64,000 nt of DNA from Nitrosopumilus sp. (GTDB lineage Archaea > Thermoproteota > Nitrososphaeria > Nitrososphaerales > Nitrosopumilaceae). Below the pieces are notes generated by a model, which was given only the letters and a program-made list of their open reading frames with translations, made no database searches and had not been told where the DNA came from. The DNA lies in contig OZ245003.1 in assembly GCA_965223425.1 (NCBI GenBank), forward strand, positions 1,440,001-1,504,000, given 5' to 3'. A program made the translations under genes and the position numbers. Of this stretch, positions 43,871-54,550 are shown piece by piece. Position 1 is the first letter of the stretch, and every line of letters begins with the position of its first letter.

Positions 43871-44149
43871 ATGCTTGTAGATAAAAGAATTCTAGCAGGA
43901 GGCCTTGCAATGATCATTGCAGGGATGATAGTTGCAGCTGCCACAGGAGAAGCACCCACAGGTCAATCCGGAATGACTGAAGAGGAAATTATTGATTTGA
44001 TGGTAGCTGAAGATGAAAATCAAGCTTACCAAATGTTGTCTGGAATACTGGTCGGAATAGGATTCTTGCTAGTATTGATTAGCTTTGGTGCCAGAAGAAG
44101 AAGAAGAAAAGGCAGTGTAAAAAAAGAAGAAGAAAAACCTGCCGAATGA
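43871..44149 (+). CDS. small membrane protein
   Basis: Two TM helices. Confidence 0.7.
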   Translation: MLVDKRILAGGLAMIIAGMIVAAATGEAPTGQSGMTEEEIIDLMVAEDENQAYQMLSGILVGIGFLLVLISFGARRRRRKGSVKKEEEKPAE

Positions 44150-44185
44150 TTAAACCTTTTAATCTCAATTTATACAACTTGCACC

Positions 44186-44500
44186 ATGATTCAGGCTGAA
44201 ATTAGCATATATCCAATGGCAACAAAGACTACTAGTGCCAGTTTTTACATTGCAAAGGCAATAGAAGCAATCCAAAACATGGAAAATCTAAGATATGAAA
44301 TCAGTTCAATGGGGACTGTTTTGGAATCAGACAGCATTGACGCAATTTACGATGCATCAAAAAAGATGGTGGAAACAGTCCACAATCTAGGGATCGACAG
44401 GGTTGAAGTTGTGATCAAAGTAGACTCGAGAAAAGACAAACAAGTCAGAATGGAAGAAAAGATCAGTTCCATAAAAAAGCAATTCCAAAAAAATAGCTAA
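44186..44500 (+). CDS. MTH1187 family thiamine-binding protein
   Basis: AEISIYP, SMGTVLES, RV..IKVDSRKDK. Confidence 0.88.
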   Translation: MIQAEISIYPMATKTTSASFYIAKAIEAIQNMENLRYEISSMGTVLESDSIDAIYDASKKMVETVHNLGIDRVEVVIKVDSRKDKQVRMEEKISSIKKQFQKNS

Positions 44501-44889
44501 AGCCCCATATTGGTATTGACCCAGTCAATTATGGCCATGATGTTTTTTACATTACCAAACTCTTCGCCTTCAAGACTTACAAACAGGAGATGATTGTTTG
44601 GGAGCGGTACCGTAATTCGCTTGATTTTATCATATGCAACAATTGCATATTTCCCATTTCCGATTTTAGATGCAAGTTTATCCCGTCTGTCCCAAGACTC
44701 GATGGAGCGTTTTAGAGATTCCTTTGTTTCATCGACGCTAAGATAGCTGCTTGTATTGTCACGAACACTATTCCAGAGAATAACTCCGTCATGATCACAA
44801 ATTATTGCAACCCTGGAACTAGGAATTTCACCTAGAATCATGTTGAGAAGTTTTTCTTCATTTTCATGAATATTTTGCGTGGCAGACAT
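44497..44889 (-). CDS. roadblock-like protein
   Basis: RVAIICDHDG..IGNGKYAIVAYDKIKRITVP. Confidence 0.75.
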   Translation of the reverse strand: MSATQNIHENEEKLLNMILGEIPSSRVAIICDHDGVILWNSVRDNTSSYLSVDETKESLKRSIESWDRRDKLASKIGNGKYAIVAYDKIKRITVPLPNNHLLFVSLEGEEFGNVKNIMAIIDWVNTNMGL

Positions 44890-44994
44890 TATTGTAAAAT
44901 GGGGTCAAAGTAAGATAATGTTGATGTTTGACTAACTATAGAACTGTTTAAAAATTTTAGATATTTTTAACAAATTTTAGGAGACATGCGAAGG

Positions 44995-46113
44995 TTAAAA
45001 CTTCCTTAAGATTCCAAAATGAGTGTTTCTCTGAGCAGGCGTTCGTCCAATCTCGTTTACCATTGTTGCAAGTTCGTCAACAGACGAGGTAGTGGGTTTT
45101 CCTGCAGCACGGTAAATCTCTTCAGAAAATGCCGTTCCTACCAAATCGCTTCCACCGTTAGATAATGCAACTTGTGCTAATTTCTTGCCGTATGCAACCC
45201 AGTAAACTGAAATGTTGTTCAAAGTGTTTGCAAGCACAAGCCTTGATAATGCAACTATCCGCAAATCATACACAGATGAGCATTCGTTGCTTACTAGATG
45301 TTCCTGCTCCAACTCTGTATTATCCAAACTGAATTTCAAAGGAATTAGCGTTATGAATCCATTGGTTTTCTTTTGCAGCTCTCGAATTTTGATAAGATGA
45401 TCAACAATGTGTTCTGGTTTTTCAATATGTCCATAAAGCATGGTAACGTTGCTTTTGATTCCCATGTTGTGGGCCTCTTCAATTACATCAAGCCATTCTT
45501 GACCTGAACATTTTCCTCTGACTATCTTATCTCTAATTTCAGGATGGAATAGTTCTGCACCTCCGCCAGGCATTGAGTCAAGACCGGCATCTTTTAAACG
45601 AGATAAAATTTCCCTAGTGGGATTTTTTGTTAACTTGGACAAGTAAAAAATCTCTGCTGCAGTCAGTGCCTTGATGTTAAGTTCCGGATGACTCTTCTTG
45701 ATAGTTTTCATCATATCCTCATAGTATTCTAACGGGAGTTTTGGATGAAACCCCCCAACAATGTGAACCTCAGTGGCACCCATCTGTTTTGCAATTCCAA
45801 TTCTTTGTTCAATTTCCTGCGGAGTCAAAGTATATGCATCATCGGCCCCGTCCTTACGATAAAAGGCACACATTTGACAGCTGGCAGCACAAACATTTGT
45901 GTAGTTCATGTAGTAAGATGCTGCAAAGGTGACAGTGTCGCCGACTAGTTTTTTTCTTGTAACATCGGCAACTGCTCCAAGTAAATGTAAATTGTCATAA
46001 TTCATCAATTCAAGACCATCCTTGTAAGAAAGTTCTTCTCCGGCAATGGCTCTATCTAATGCTTGAGAATCTCCCACTAATTGTTCTAGCATATTTGTCG
46101 GTTTGTTTATCAT
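44995..46113 (-). CDS. mqnE: CofH/MqnE family radical SAM (aminofutalosine synthase)
   Basis: NYTNVCAASCQMCAF, EVHIVGG, MPGGGAE, TMLYGHIE; near mqnD. Confidence 0.8.
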   Translation of the reverse strand: MINKPTNMLEQLVGDSQALDRAIAGEELSYKDGLELMNYDNLHLLGAVADVTRKKLVGDTVTFAASYYMNYTNVCAASCQMCAFYRKDGADDAYTLTPQEIEQRIGIAKQMGATEVHIVGGFHPKLPLEYYEDMMKTIKKSHPELNIKALTAAEIFYLSKLTKNPTREILSRLKDAGLDSMPGGGAELFHPEIRDKIVRGKCSGQEWLDVIEEAHNMGIKSNVTMLYGHIEKPEHIVDHLIKIRELQKKTNGFITLIPLKFSLDNTELEQEHLVSNECSSVYDLRIVALSRLVLANTLNNISVYWVAYGKKLAQVALSNGGSDLVGTAFSEEIYRAAGKPTTSSVDELATMVNEIGRTPAQRNTHFGILRKF

Positions 46114-46166
46114 GATATATTCCTTATAGTCTCAAGAAATAAGTAGCTAGTCATGATAGCAACATC

Positions 46167-46340
46167 ATGGTACTTCCCTTAGTCGATGAACATAAGCCGA
46201 AATGTTACTTGTGCCATCAAGGATTCCAAAATATCGAAGAATTAAGAAATCATCAAAATGCCAAACATGGGGATTTCTTTGAATCACATGAAAAAGAAAC
46301 GGGCCGAGGGCCAGCACCCGGCGATGTTACTGTGTTTTAG
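46167..46340 (+). CDS. 57-aa C2H2 zinc-finger protein (not in ORF track)
   Basis: MVLPLVDEHKPKCYLCHQGFQNIEELRNHQNAKH... Confidence 0.75.
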   Translation: MVLPLVDEHKPKCYLCHQGFQNIEELRNHQNAKHGDFFESHEKETGRGPAPGDVTVF

Positions 46341-46824
46341 ATTTCTTTTTTTGAATGGATTTTAATAGATCTTGTGCGATATCTTTTGAAATGCTTGCCA
46401 AATCATAGTGTTGATCAATAGACAATGCTTTTTTGAAATATTTGATTGCGTTTTGTAGTTGCCCCATTTCACCTAGTGAAAGTCCTTTGTATGCAAAAGC
46501 CATGGTACATCTGTTATCAATTTTCAAAACAGCATCATAGCAATCTATTGCCTTTTGATATTGTTGATCTGAATGTAGTGTTACGCCTTTGTTTAATAGC
46601 GCATCAATATTGTTAGGGGAGAGCAAAAGAGCTTTGTCATACGAACGGATGGCAAGTTTTAACCTGCCCATATTTTGTAAAGTAACTCCTTTGTCAATGA
46701 GCGCACCAGTGTTATCAGGTTCTTTTTTGAGCACTAAATCATACAAACGTAATGCCTCAGAATAGTTCCAGACTTCTGCTTGCTCAAATGCTTCTGCCAG
46801 CATCAGATCTATCTCATCATTCAC
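46327..46824 (-). CDS. TPR protein
   Basis: Repeated AL.xKG..L...A...YD.AL. Confidence 0.9.
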   Translation of the reverse strand: MNDEIDLMLAEAFEQAEVWNYSEALRLYDLVLKKEPDNTGALIDKGVTLQNMGRLKLAIRSYDKALLLSPNNIDALLNKGVTLHSDQQYQKAIDCYDAVLKIDNRCTMAFAYKGLSLGEMGQLQNAIKYFKKALSIDQHYDLASISKDIAQDLLKSIQKKKSKTQ

Positions 46825-46877
46825 ATATCTGATAACATTTTGTTAATAATTAAGATTCGCTAATTGTCAGCACAAAA

Positions 46878-47105
46878 TCAAGATGCATTCTTGTCTCTGG
46901 GATCAATTTCTAATGATTTGTTAAAACACCCCATTGCCTCCTCGTATCGTCCCAAGCTTCTAAGAACTATACCCTTGCTATTCCAAAGATCAGGATCATT
47001 CTGATTCAGGAGAAGAGCCTGTTCAAAAAAACCAAGTGCGTCATCAAATTTTCCATCTTCTAAAGATTGTTTTCCTTTTGCAACAAGATTTTCTGTTTCA
47101 TCCAT
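46878..47105 (-). CDS. small TPR protein
   Basis: LWNSKGIVLRSLGRYEEA. Confidence 0.88.
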   Translation of the reverse strand: MDETENLVAKGKQSLEDGKFDDALGFFEQALLLNQNDPDLWNSKGIVLRSLGRYEEAMGCFNKSLEIDPRDKNAS

Positions 47106-47228
47106 AAATTACAATGTATGGGATTTGTATTAAATTTGAATATCCCATATCAAAAAATAGGCAGTAAGATTAAACAGATTTACAATTAACTAATGAAAAT
47201 TTAAATAAATTTTTCACCATAACAACAT

Positions 47229-47672
47229 ATGAAGATGGATGAAACAGACTACAGAATTCTCAAAAACTTGATGGTCGATGCAAGACTTTCAGCAAGGCAA
47301 CTTGCATTAAAACTTGGAATGTCAACTGTAACAATACTATCTAGGATTAAAAAGTTAGAAAAAGAGAAGATAATTCAGGGATATACGGCAATCATTGATC
47401 ATGAAAAACTAGGGTACACACTTACGGCAATTATTGAAATCATAGCAAAGAACGACAAAATTCTAGAGATTGAAAACGAACTGTCGAAATTTGAAAACGT
47501 GTGTGGAGTCTACGACATAACAGGTTCAACAGACACGCTGATAATAGCAAAATTCAAAGAACGTAGTGATTTGAGCAAGTTTGTAAAGGAACTGGCCATG
47601 ATACCAAATGTAGAAAATACAATCACCCATGTGGTTCTAAATACCACAAAGGAAGATTTTAGATTAACATAG
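47229..47672 (+). CDS. Lrp/AsnC transcriptional regulator
   Basis: MDETDYRIL..DARLS, RIKKLE..IIQGY, YDITG. Confidence 0.93.
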   Translation: MKMDETDYRILKNLMVDARLSARQLALKLGMSTVTILSRIKKLEKEKIIQGYTAIIDHEKLGYTLTAIIEIIAKNDKILEIENELSKFENVCGVYDITGSTDTLIIAKFKERSDLSKFVKELAMIPNVENTITHVVLNTTKEDFRLT

Positions 47673-47682
47673 GTAAAATAAA

Positions 47683-48237
47683 TTGAAACAGCTCAATATC
47701 TTTTTAATTTCCGTAGTTATTTTGGGAGGGATGCAAACAACCTATGCACAAACAGATGAATTGAATATGGAGCTTGAAGTTTCAGATGAAGAAAAGACAA
47801 TACTGTTTGCAGGTTTTGCTATTGCAGTTATTGCAATTTTCTTGTTTCTAGCAAAAGACATCATTCTCAGGAAAAAAACATCCTATGATAAAAATGATCT
47901 TGAATCAAAAAAAGACAAGACATATGAAAAATATCACTCAGGTTGGGGAGATGATTATGAAGAATTAGGAAAGAGAAAAAACACAACAGAAGATAAAGAA
48001 TTCCGCGATGCTGCAAGTAACGATGAACTGCCAAATTATTATGAGATCCTCAAAGTTTCAAAAAATGCAACACAGGAAGAAATCAAAAATACGTTTAGGG
48101 AACTTGCAAAAAAAACACATCCAGACAAAACAAAGGAAGATTCTGAAAAGAAGATGGCAGAATTAAACAAGGCTTATGAAATACTTTCAGACAAACAACG
48201 CAGAGAAAAATACGACAAATATCTAAAAGCTAACTAA
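47683..48237 (+). CDS. membrane-anchored DnaJ-domain protein
   Basis: NYYEIL, HPDK, AYEILSD. Confidence 0.9.
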   Translation: MKQLNIFLISVVILGGMQTTYAQTDELNMELEVSDEEKTILFAGFAIAVIAIFLFLAKDIILRKKTSYDKNDLESKKDKTYEKYHSGWGDDYEELGKRKNTTEDKEFRDAASNDELPNYYEILKVSKNATQEEIKNTFRELAKKTHPDKTKEDSEKKMAELNKAYEILSDKQRREKYDKYLKAN

Positions 48238-48638
48238 AAAGAATTTAATTTAATAATAATCATGCCAAGTTCGATCGAAGTTGGAGTTTGAACACTGTCT
48301 GTAAGATTAGTAAAAATTTCAACATTTAATAGATTTCCATCATGTCTTATTTGGGTAGATATTTTTAGCTCGGCAAATTCGGTATTTGGCCCAAGCATTT
48401 TTTTTGTCAAAAGCGGCACCACGGAAAGATCATTGATTGCACATTTCATCTTGTAGGCAAACTTATCTGAAAAATAAGCGCCACCACGAGTAGTGGGCTC
48501 ATTAACAGGAATTGTCGAATTTATGATAGATACATCAGTAATCGGATAAGTTTCGTCATTTAGGTAAAGCGTGTATTTTGGGGAATTTTTTTGGTTATTT
48601 TCCATCAAAATTTCAAGCAAATCCAAATTTACGGACAT
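48234..48638 (-). CDS. hypothetical protein
   Basis: 134-aa ORF. Confidence 0.7.
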   Translation of the reverse strand: MSVNLDLLEILMENNQKNSPKYTLYLNDETYPITDVSIINSTIPVNEPTTRGGAYFSDKFAYKMKCAINDLSVVPLLTKKMLGPNTEFAELKISTQIRHDGNLLNVEIFTNLTDSVQTPTSIELGMIIIKLNSF

Positions 48639-48742
48639 TCAAAATTAGCCCAATCGTAATTCTATTGAATCTTTCTAAGCAAAATTAACCAAAACTAAAC
48701 ATTTGTTCTAGCCTACAAAAGGCATCTTTAAAAATAAGAATT

Positions 48743-50074
48743 TTGATCCGAGTGATAGTGCAGCAATTTGCCAATACCCATTCAATGAGAAATGAAATTC
48801 TTAATCTTATGATTCAAAACAGATTGGACGATGACTGTTATGTTGAAATGCTGGATTATGTAATTGATTTATTTGAAAGCCAGGGGCTAGGGGTCGAATG
48901 TTATGGATATCACAACATCAGTCATGAATTAGAAGTAACATATGTAACACTTTTAGCTACAAACCAAACCATAATACAGCTAACAGATGAAGATAGAAAA
49001 TATTTGTATGTTGCAGCGTTACTGCATGACTTTGATCCTGAAAAAAGTGTAGACAAGCCTCATGAAGAAAGTGTGATTAAATTTATTACAACAGATAAGA
49101 AACTGCGTCAATTAGTTGATTCTACAAACTTGGACTTGGAAATCATAAAAGTGTTAATTTTACGAACAACGTACCCTTGGAGCGGAGATCTTAGAAAAAA
49201 TGCAGAGATGCAAATAAAACAATGTTTTCAAAATTCAGATTTGGCAAGAACCAACCAATCATATCAGCAGCACGTAATGAAAATGGGCGAATATCTATCA
49301 GTTACAGATAGAATTAGCGGGTATGCATTAGGGGACTTTACAAAAGCAATGGAAATGGCAAAAATGAACGCACATGCACTTGCATGGAAGCCATCGCTAA
49401 TTGTCAGAAATGCTGTTGCATACTTTGAAGAATTATTAAACAAGGAAACAGAGATGGTAAAAGGAATTTTGAAAATACTTCCAAAAGAAATGAGAAAGAA
49501 TTTTTTTAATACTGTTTTGTCGTTTATGAAAATCAGACAGCAGGAGATCACAATTCAAGCTGATTATGCGTATGAAAATCTCAAGCTGATTCCCACAATA
49601 GAGGGCATGAAAACAAGAGAAGATCCAAACTTCATCAAAGCGTTATATGACATTTTCTTAGAACTGCCAAGACCACTTCAATTTGAAAAAGAAAATTTTG
49701 AAGAGTCCATCAGGGATCCGCAAAGAATCATCAACACACTTAGGCTAAATGACAAAAACGGGGAGATTGTAGGATTTGTCAAGGGAGGGCCGCTTGAGAA
49801 ATACAAACTGCGTGAAGAGATCAGAGACGAGAATTACGGTCTAGGAAACACAATATTTCTAGAGCCATTGGCATTGAAGATGGGGTATTGGGGACTAAAG
49901 GGGGGAAGCGAAATGCGCCATATGTTTATCATGCAATCCCACTCTATGAGGTACAAATACCTGACAAGTTTCGCACTACGGGACGTTATTCAGGCCAGAA
50001 TAGACAAGGAACAGGCAGAGTTTGTAACACAATTTAATCCTGAGAGATGGGACTACTATAGAATCAAAATTTAG
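48743..50074 (+). CDS. HD-domain protein
   Basis: YHNISH, AALLHD. Confidence 0.85.
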   Translation: MIRVIVQQFANTHSMRNEILNLMIQNRLDDDCYVEMLDYVIDLFESQGLGVECYGYHNISHELEVTYVTLLATNQTIIQLTDEDRKYLYVAALLHDFDPEKSVDKPHEESVIKFITTDKKLRQLVDSTNLDLEIIKVLILRTTYPWSGDLRKNAEMQIKQCFQNSDLARTNQSYQQHVMKMGEYLSVTDRISGYALGDFTKAMEMAKMNAHALAWKPSLIVRNAVAYFEELLNKETEMVKGILKILPKEMRKNFFNTVLSFMKIRQQEITIQADYAYENLKLIPTIEGMKTREDPNFIKALYDIFLELPRPLQFEKENFEESIRDPQRIINTLRLNDKNGEIVGFVKGGPLEKYKLREEIRDENYGLGNTIFLEPLALKMGYWGLKGGSEMRHMFIMQSHSMRYKYLTSFALRDVIQARIDKEQAEFVTQFNPERWDYYRIKI

Positions 50075-50083
50075 ATTCATCAT

Positions 50084-51535
50084 ATGAAAAAATTATTTTT
50101 GGAGGCATTGGATTCAACAATCCAAGGGCAGGTATGTGCCCAAAAAGAATTCAAGGAATTTTTTTCAGTAGATGCAAGCCCATATCAGATTATTCCACAG
50201 GCAGTAGTGATTCCAAAAAATGAAAAAGACGTAATCAATGTAATAAAAATTGCAAGAAAATTCAAGACATCAGTAACCGTACGAGGTGCAGGAACAGGCC
50301 TGGTGGGAAGCGCGTTAAATCATGGAATCATAGTTGATATGAAAAATTTTGATTCGTTGGTAGTTGATAAGAATCACGTTACAGTCGGCCCGGGCACAAT
50401 AAAAGGAATTTTAGACAAGAATCTAAAGAGCCATAAAAAATTTTTCCCTCCAAACCCCTCAATTGGCTCTTTTTGTTTGGTAGGAGGCATGTTAGGGAGT
50501 AATTCTAGCGGAAGCAGGAGCTTAAAATACGGAAGCGTGATTGATAACGTAATTTCTGTTACATTTGTTAATGGAAATGGGGAAAAAATTACGCTGCCAG
50601 ACAATAAAAAAATAGGAAAAAAGATTTTAAAACTTGCAGGGAAAATAAACGAAAAAAAGTTTCCAAAGGTAACAAAAAATTCTTCAGGATACAGGATTGA
50701 TAAAATAAGATCAATCAACGATTCTCACAAAATAATCATAGGATCAGAGGGAACACTAGGAATTATTTTATCAGCAAAGATAAAGATCAGTGATGAGCCA
50801 AAAAAAAGAATTCTTTTTGTAATCGAGTATAACTCGGTAAAAGATGCAGCAGAAAACTGCATTACAATAAACAAGACTGACCCTTCGGCAATTGAATTTG
50901 TTGATAAAACCATACTTGATCAAATAAAATTTAATTTTAACAAAAAAACAAAGTGTATATTATTTGTAGAATATGATGAGAGGATCATTCCCAATGAAAA
51001 GAAAATAAAGTTAATTGTTACAGGAAAAATTATTAAAAAATTAACAAAAAACTTGGAGATTGCCAAATGGTGGAAATATAGGGATTCATCGCTGCATTAC
51101 AGTTTAAAATCAATCAAAAATAAAAAGATAATTCCACACATAATTGAGGATGCGGCAGTTCCTTTAGAGAGGCTTTCGGAATTATTTTTAGTGCTAAGCA
51201 GGATTAATGAAAAATACAAAACAAAATCAGTTGCTTATGGACATGCTGGAAATGGGAATATTCATGTTTGCCTGATTTTAGACAAATCGGAGGGCAAAAT
51301 TATCAAAAACATTGCCAAGCAGTATTTTAAAGAAATAATCAAAATTGGGGGAACTATTACGGCTGAGCATGGGGACGGTCTAGCACGCTCAGAATTTGTC
51401 AAAAATCAGTATGGGGCAAAAAACTATCACATATTCAAAGAAATCAAAAAAATGTTTGATCCGCAAAACATACTAAATCCAGACAAGATAATCACAGAAA
51501 AAAGTACAATCATAAAAAATCTTGTAAATTTCTAA
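50084..51535 (+). CDS. FAD-linked oxidase (GlcD/D-lactate dehydrogenase-like)
   Basis: RGAGTGL, GSEGTLG, GHAGNGNIH, AEHGDG, FDPQNILNP. Confidence 0.9.
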   Translation: MKKLFLEALDSTIQGQVCAQKEFKEFFSVDASPYQIIPQAVVIPKNEKDVINVIKIARKFKTSVTVRGAGTGLVGSALNHGIIVDMKNFDSLVVDKNHVTVGPGTIKGILDKNLKSHKKFFPPNPSIGSFCLVGGMLGSNSSGSRSLKYGSVIDNVISVTFVNGNGEKITLPDNKKIGKKILKLAGKINEKKFPKVTKNSSGYRIDKIRSINDSHKIIIGSEGTLGIILSAKIKISDEPKKRILFVIEYNSVKDAAENCITINKTDPSAIEFVDKTILDQIKFNFNKKTKCILFVEYDERIIPNEKKIKLIVTGKIIKKLTKNLEIAKWWKYRDSSLHYSLKSIKNKKIIPHIIEDAAVPLERLSELFLVLSRINEKYKTKSVAYGHAGNGNIHVCLILDKSEGKIIKNIAKQYFKEIIKIGGTITAEHGDGLARSEFVKNQYGAKNYHIFKEIKKMFDPQNILNPDKIITEKSTIIKNLVNF

Positions 51536-51605
51536 ATTAACTGAACATTGAATCAAAAAAACCATCAAAGAAACTCTTTATTAACAAAAAATTGTCCAAA
51601 ATGTC

Positions 51606-52034
51606 GTGGTCAGTCTGAGTATTTGGATCGTGGCAGTGTTACTAATATTTTCCATTAATTTTACTTCAGCATTTGCATTAACAGACTTGCAAAGATCAAC
51701 AATTAATGAACCAAGATTAGAAAAGGCATTTGGATCACCAATAGGGAGTCATGTTAACATAGATCAACAAATTCAGATTTCAGTAGACATTACAAACAAT
51801 CAAGAAAAATCCCAATCATTTGTATATCTTGTTCAAGTTAAAGATGAAGCAGGATTTGTTGTTTCATTAGGATGGATTAGTGGGCAACTGTCACCAAATC
51901 AAAAACTTAGCCCATCTTTATCATGGACCTCAGATGGGGCAGGAGAGTTTACTGCAGAAATTTTTGCATGGAGCGGTCTGAAAAACCATAGCGCATTATC
52001 TGAATCGACTGCATTACAGATAACTGTCAGTTAA
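51606..52034 (+). CDS. secreted Ig-like hypothetical protein
   Basis: Signal peptide; YLVQVKD..G.V, SLSW motifs. Confidence 0.75.
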   Translation: MVSLSIWIVAVLLIFSINFTSAFALTDLQRSTINEPRLEKAFGSPIGSHVNIDQQIQISVDITNNQEKSQSFVYLVQVKDEAGFVVSLGWISGQLSPNQKLSPSLSWTSDGAGEFTAEIFAWSGLKNHSALSESTALQITVS

Positions 52035-52231
52035 AATTTTGACAAAATAATTTGCGTGTACTTTATCACAATTATTCAAGAAATACGAATAATTTGTTCC
52101 TAAATCAATAAAAAAAATGGCCGTTACGAAAAAAATCGCGGTACAACATGATTGTTAAGATCGGAGGTTTGCTTCTTGGTGAAAAAAGTTCAACAACTTC
52201 TTGCTAATATAACCTAGAGCCTAGTGCCATT

Positions 52232-52375
52232 ATGACAATAGGATATTGTGTCAAGTGCCGTGATAAACGAGACATCGAAGGCGCTAAGCCATACACCATG
52301 AAAAATGGTAAGCCTGCAATCAAAGGCGTTTGCCCAACATGCAGTACTGCCATCTTCAGAATTGGCAGGGGATAA
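52232..52375 (+). CDS. 47-aa zinc-ribbon protein (DUF5679-like; not in ORF track)
   Basis: MTIGYCVKCRDKR...MKNGKPAIKGVCPTCST. Confidence 0.8.
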   Translation: MTIGYCVKCRDKRDIEGAKPYTMKNGKPAIKGVCPTCSTAIFRIGRG

Positions 52376-52393
52376 AATTCTCAGCAGAGGGTT

Positions 52394-52645
52394 TTAGAAA
52401 TGCCATTCATCAGTAAGGCCATTCCATAGCGAACGCATTGGGGATGGATCTTTTTCTATTTCCTCATAAATTCTATTTTTTAATACAAAAAAGAAATTCT
52501 CCAAAGCATCAACGCCGCCATCAGCATACAACTCTTTACCAATCTCAGTGATTCGCTTATGTTTTTCAGGGATTTCTGAAGAATCAGGATTTTGCAGGCA
52601 AAAGGTCATCAAATCAATTAATTCTTCCTCCAACATAAAGTCCAT
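52394..52645 (-). CDS. hypothetical protein
   Basis: 83-aa ORF. Confidence 0.7.
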   Translation of the reverse strand: MDFMLEEELIDLMTFCLQNPDSSEIPEKHKRITEIGKELYADGGVDALENFFFVLKNRIYEEIEKDPSPMRSLWNGLTDEWHF

Positions 52646-52701
52646 AATATTTCAAATTTTTCGTCAAATTTAGGTATTGAGATTTAGAATAAAAAAAGAG
52701 A

Positions 52702-53079
52702 TTACTTGAGACGCCTATAGATCTCTTTGAACTCAACTGATAGATTATACGACATGTTAAGCAGATGTGCAAGTTGGTTCATAGATGTTTTTTCATGTCC
52801 TAATTGTCGCAGTATGGTCAAGGCCTTTTGTGGAGAACTAACTAACAACGAACTATGTCCAGACCATGTCTTAAAGGCTTCTTCAACATCCAAGGAGAAA
52901 TTCAGGACAAACTCTTTCCAATTGGGCATTGACTGTAGTGCTTTTTCATTAAGAAGCACTTGGGATAATTCACGAAACTCGTTTTTTCTATCCAAATACA
53001 ACATGCCAAGGGCTTGTTTGATCTTTTCCTCTTGGTACTCTGAGGTATTTAGCATATACATTCCGGCAATAATGCTCAT
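52702..53079 (-). CDS. hypothetical protein
   Basis: 125-aa ORF. Confidence 0.7.
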   Translation of the reverse strand: MSIIAGMYMLNTSEYQEEKIKQALGMLYLDRKNEFRELSQVLLNEKALQSMPNWKEFVLNFSLDVEEAFKTWSGHSSLLVSSPQKALTILRQLGHEKTSMNQLAHLLNMSYNLSVEFKEIYRRLK

Positions 53080-53197
53080 GTAATATGATACTCACAATCA
53101 GTGATAAATACAATAGTTTGTTCTCTGAAAGTCTGTTACGATTTTTTAATAAAAATTAACAAATGTAAAGTCAAAAAAATAAAAAAGAGGCCAAAGC

Positions 53198-54496
53198 CTA
53201 TTGGAATGGATCAATGAACGGGCAGTTAACAATATGGTCACTATCCATCGGACGTGCAATGCCAATGTCAATCAAACCAGCCTCCCTGTATGCATTCAAA
53301 TCACCAATTGTCTCTAACAACTGAGCGTTTTCTGGACTAGCCCAACCTGTTATGAAAATTCTCCACATAGGAGAATAGTTTGCATCACCAGGAGCTCCTG
53401 CAGCTATCCCTGCCTGGAATCCTAAAGGACCAGAACCAGTCAGACCATTTCTGAACTGAAACAGGTCTGTTGCTGCTGAACTTGCAATCAAACTCGCAGA
53501 TGTTGGTGCGCTTACAACACCCATCATTCCTGCAGGACCGCTAGGAGTAGCATCTGTTACAATGTAATAGATTGTTCTGCCATCCGGGCCCCAACCACGA
53601 TGAGCAATGAAAGTTACAGTCATCTCTTCTGTATCAATATCAAGGACTTGACCGCCACCATATGGCGTTTCATCAGTTAAAGTTTTGTCTTCTTTAACCG
53701 TCATCTGGCCTTCAGGCCAGACAATTTGCGGCATATTCAAAACCACACCAAGTTCTGCCAATGTAATTTCATCATTGTCAGCTGCATCCACAATCATTGC
53801 GTCGGAGTCAAGGACTCTGGGCGTGGTGCCTTCATTCCATGTAACATGGACATGGGAAGTCAGTGCGCTATACACATCTGCTTGTGCAGGAGTGCTTGTA
53901 AAGACCTCACCTTGATACCCATGAACACCGCCGCCTTCAATGCCGTTGGTGAACATGTATGTTCTTGAAAGTGCGTCATCAGGGGCATTTACCAATAAAG
54001 GAGCAAGTTCAACCTGCCAGCCTTGGTTTTCGGTAATGATGTCTGCATGTGAAGGATCACTAGAATCAGTGATGATAAAATAAACATCTCCACCGTTATA
54101 GTAGCCATGATGCAAAGGAATTGTTGCTGGAACATTTGCTCTTGATAGTCTAAGTACAGATCCCAAATCTGCCTCAGTTACTTCTTCCATGTGTTCTTCT
54201 TCATGAGTATCATTCTCCATGGCTTCTTTTTCCATGTGTTTTTCTTCATGAGTTTCTTCTTCAGTAGCTAGTGCTGCAAAAGTTGCCTCTTTTTGTTGTT
54301 CTAACCATGCGGCTTTGCCGCCTGGAATCTCAGAACAGAACTGCAATCCACAAATGCCGGTACTTGCACCATATTGTGGGGTACTGGTGCCTTGACTTTT
54401 GAGAGCTTCAACATCTGTGAAATAGTCAGTAGTCAATCCTGCTGTAAAGAAGGGTAGCATTGCAAAAACTGCAATGTATCTTAGACTCTTGTTCAT
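53198..54496 (-). CDS. secreted protein with two YxIxTD..YSxL/PM repeats and His/Glu-rich linker
   Basis: Signal peptide; internal domain duplication; HEEKHMEKE/HEEEHMEE. Confidence 0.8.
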   Translation of the reverse strand: MNKSLRYIAVFAMLPFFTAGLTTDYFTDVEALKSQGTSTPQYGASTGICGLQFCSEIPGGKAAWLEQQKEATFAALATEEETHEEKHMEKEAMENDTHEEEHMEEVTEADLGSVLRLSRANVPATIPLHHGYYNGGDVYFIITDSSDPSHADIITENQGWQVELAPLLVNAPDDALSRTYMFTNGIEGGGVHGYQGEVFTSTPAQADVYSALTSHVHVTWNEGTTPRVLDSDAMIVDAADNDEITLAELGVVLNMPQIVWPEGQMTVKEDKTLTDETPYGGGQVLDIDTEEMTVTFIAHRGWGPDGRTIYYIVTDATPSGPAGMMGVVSAPTSASLIASSAATDLFQFRNGLTGSGPLGFQAGIAAGAPGDANYSPMWRIFITGWASPENAQLLETIGDLNAYREAGLIDIGIARPMDSDHIVNCPFIDPFQ

Positions 54497-54550
54497 AGAA
54501 TGAAAAATGGGATTTTTCTTTAAAAGAATTTATCCAAATCAGGCACAGGG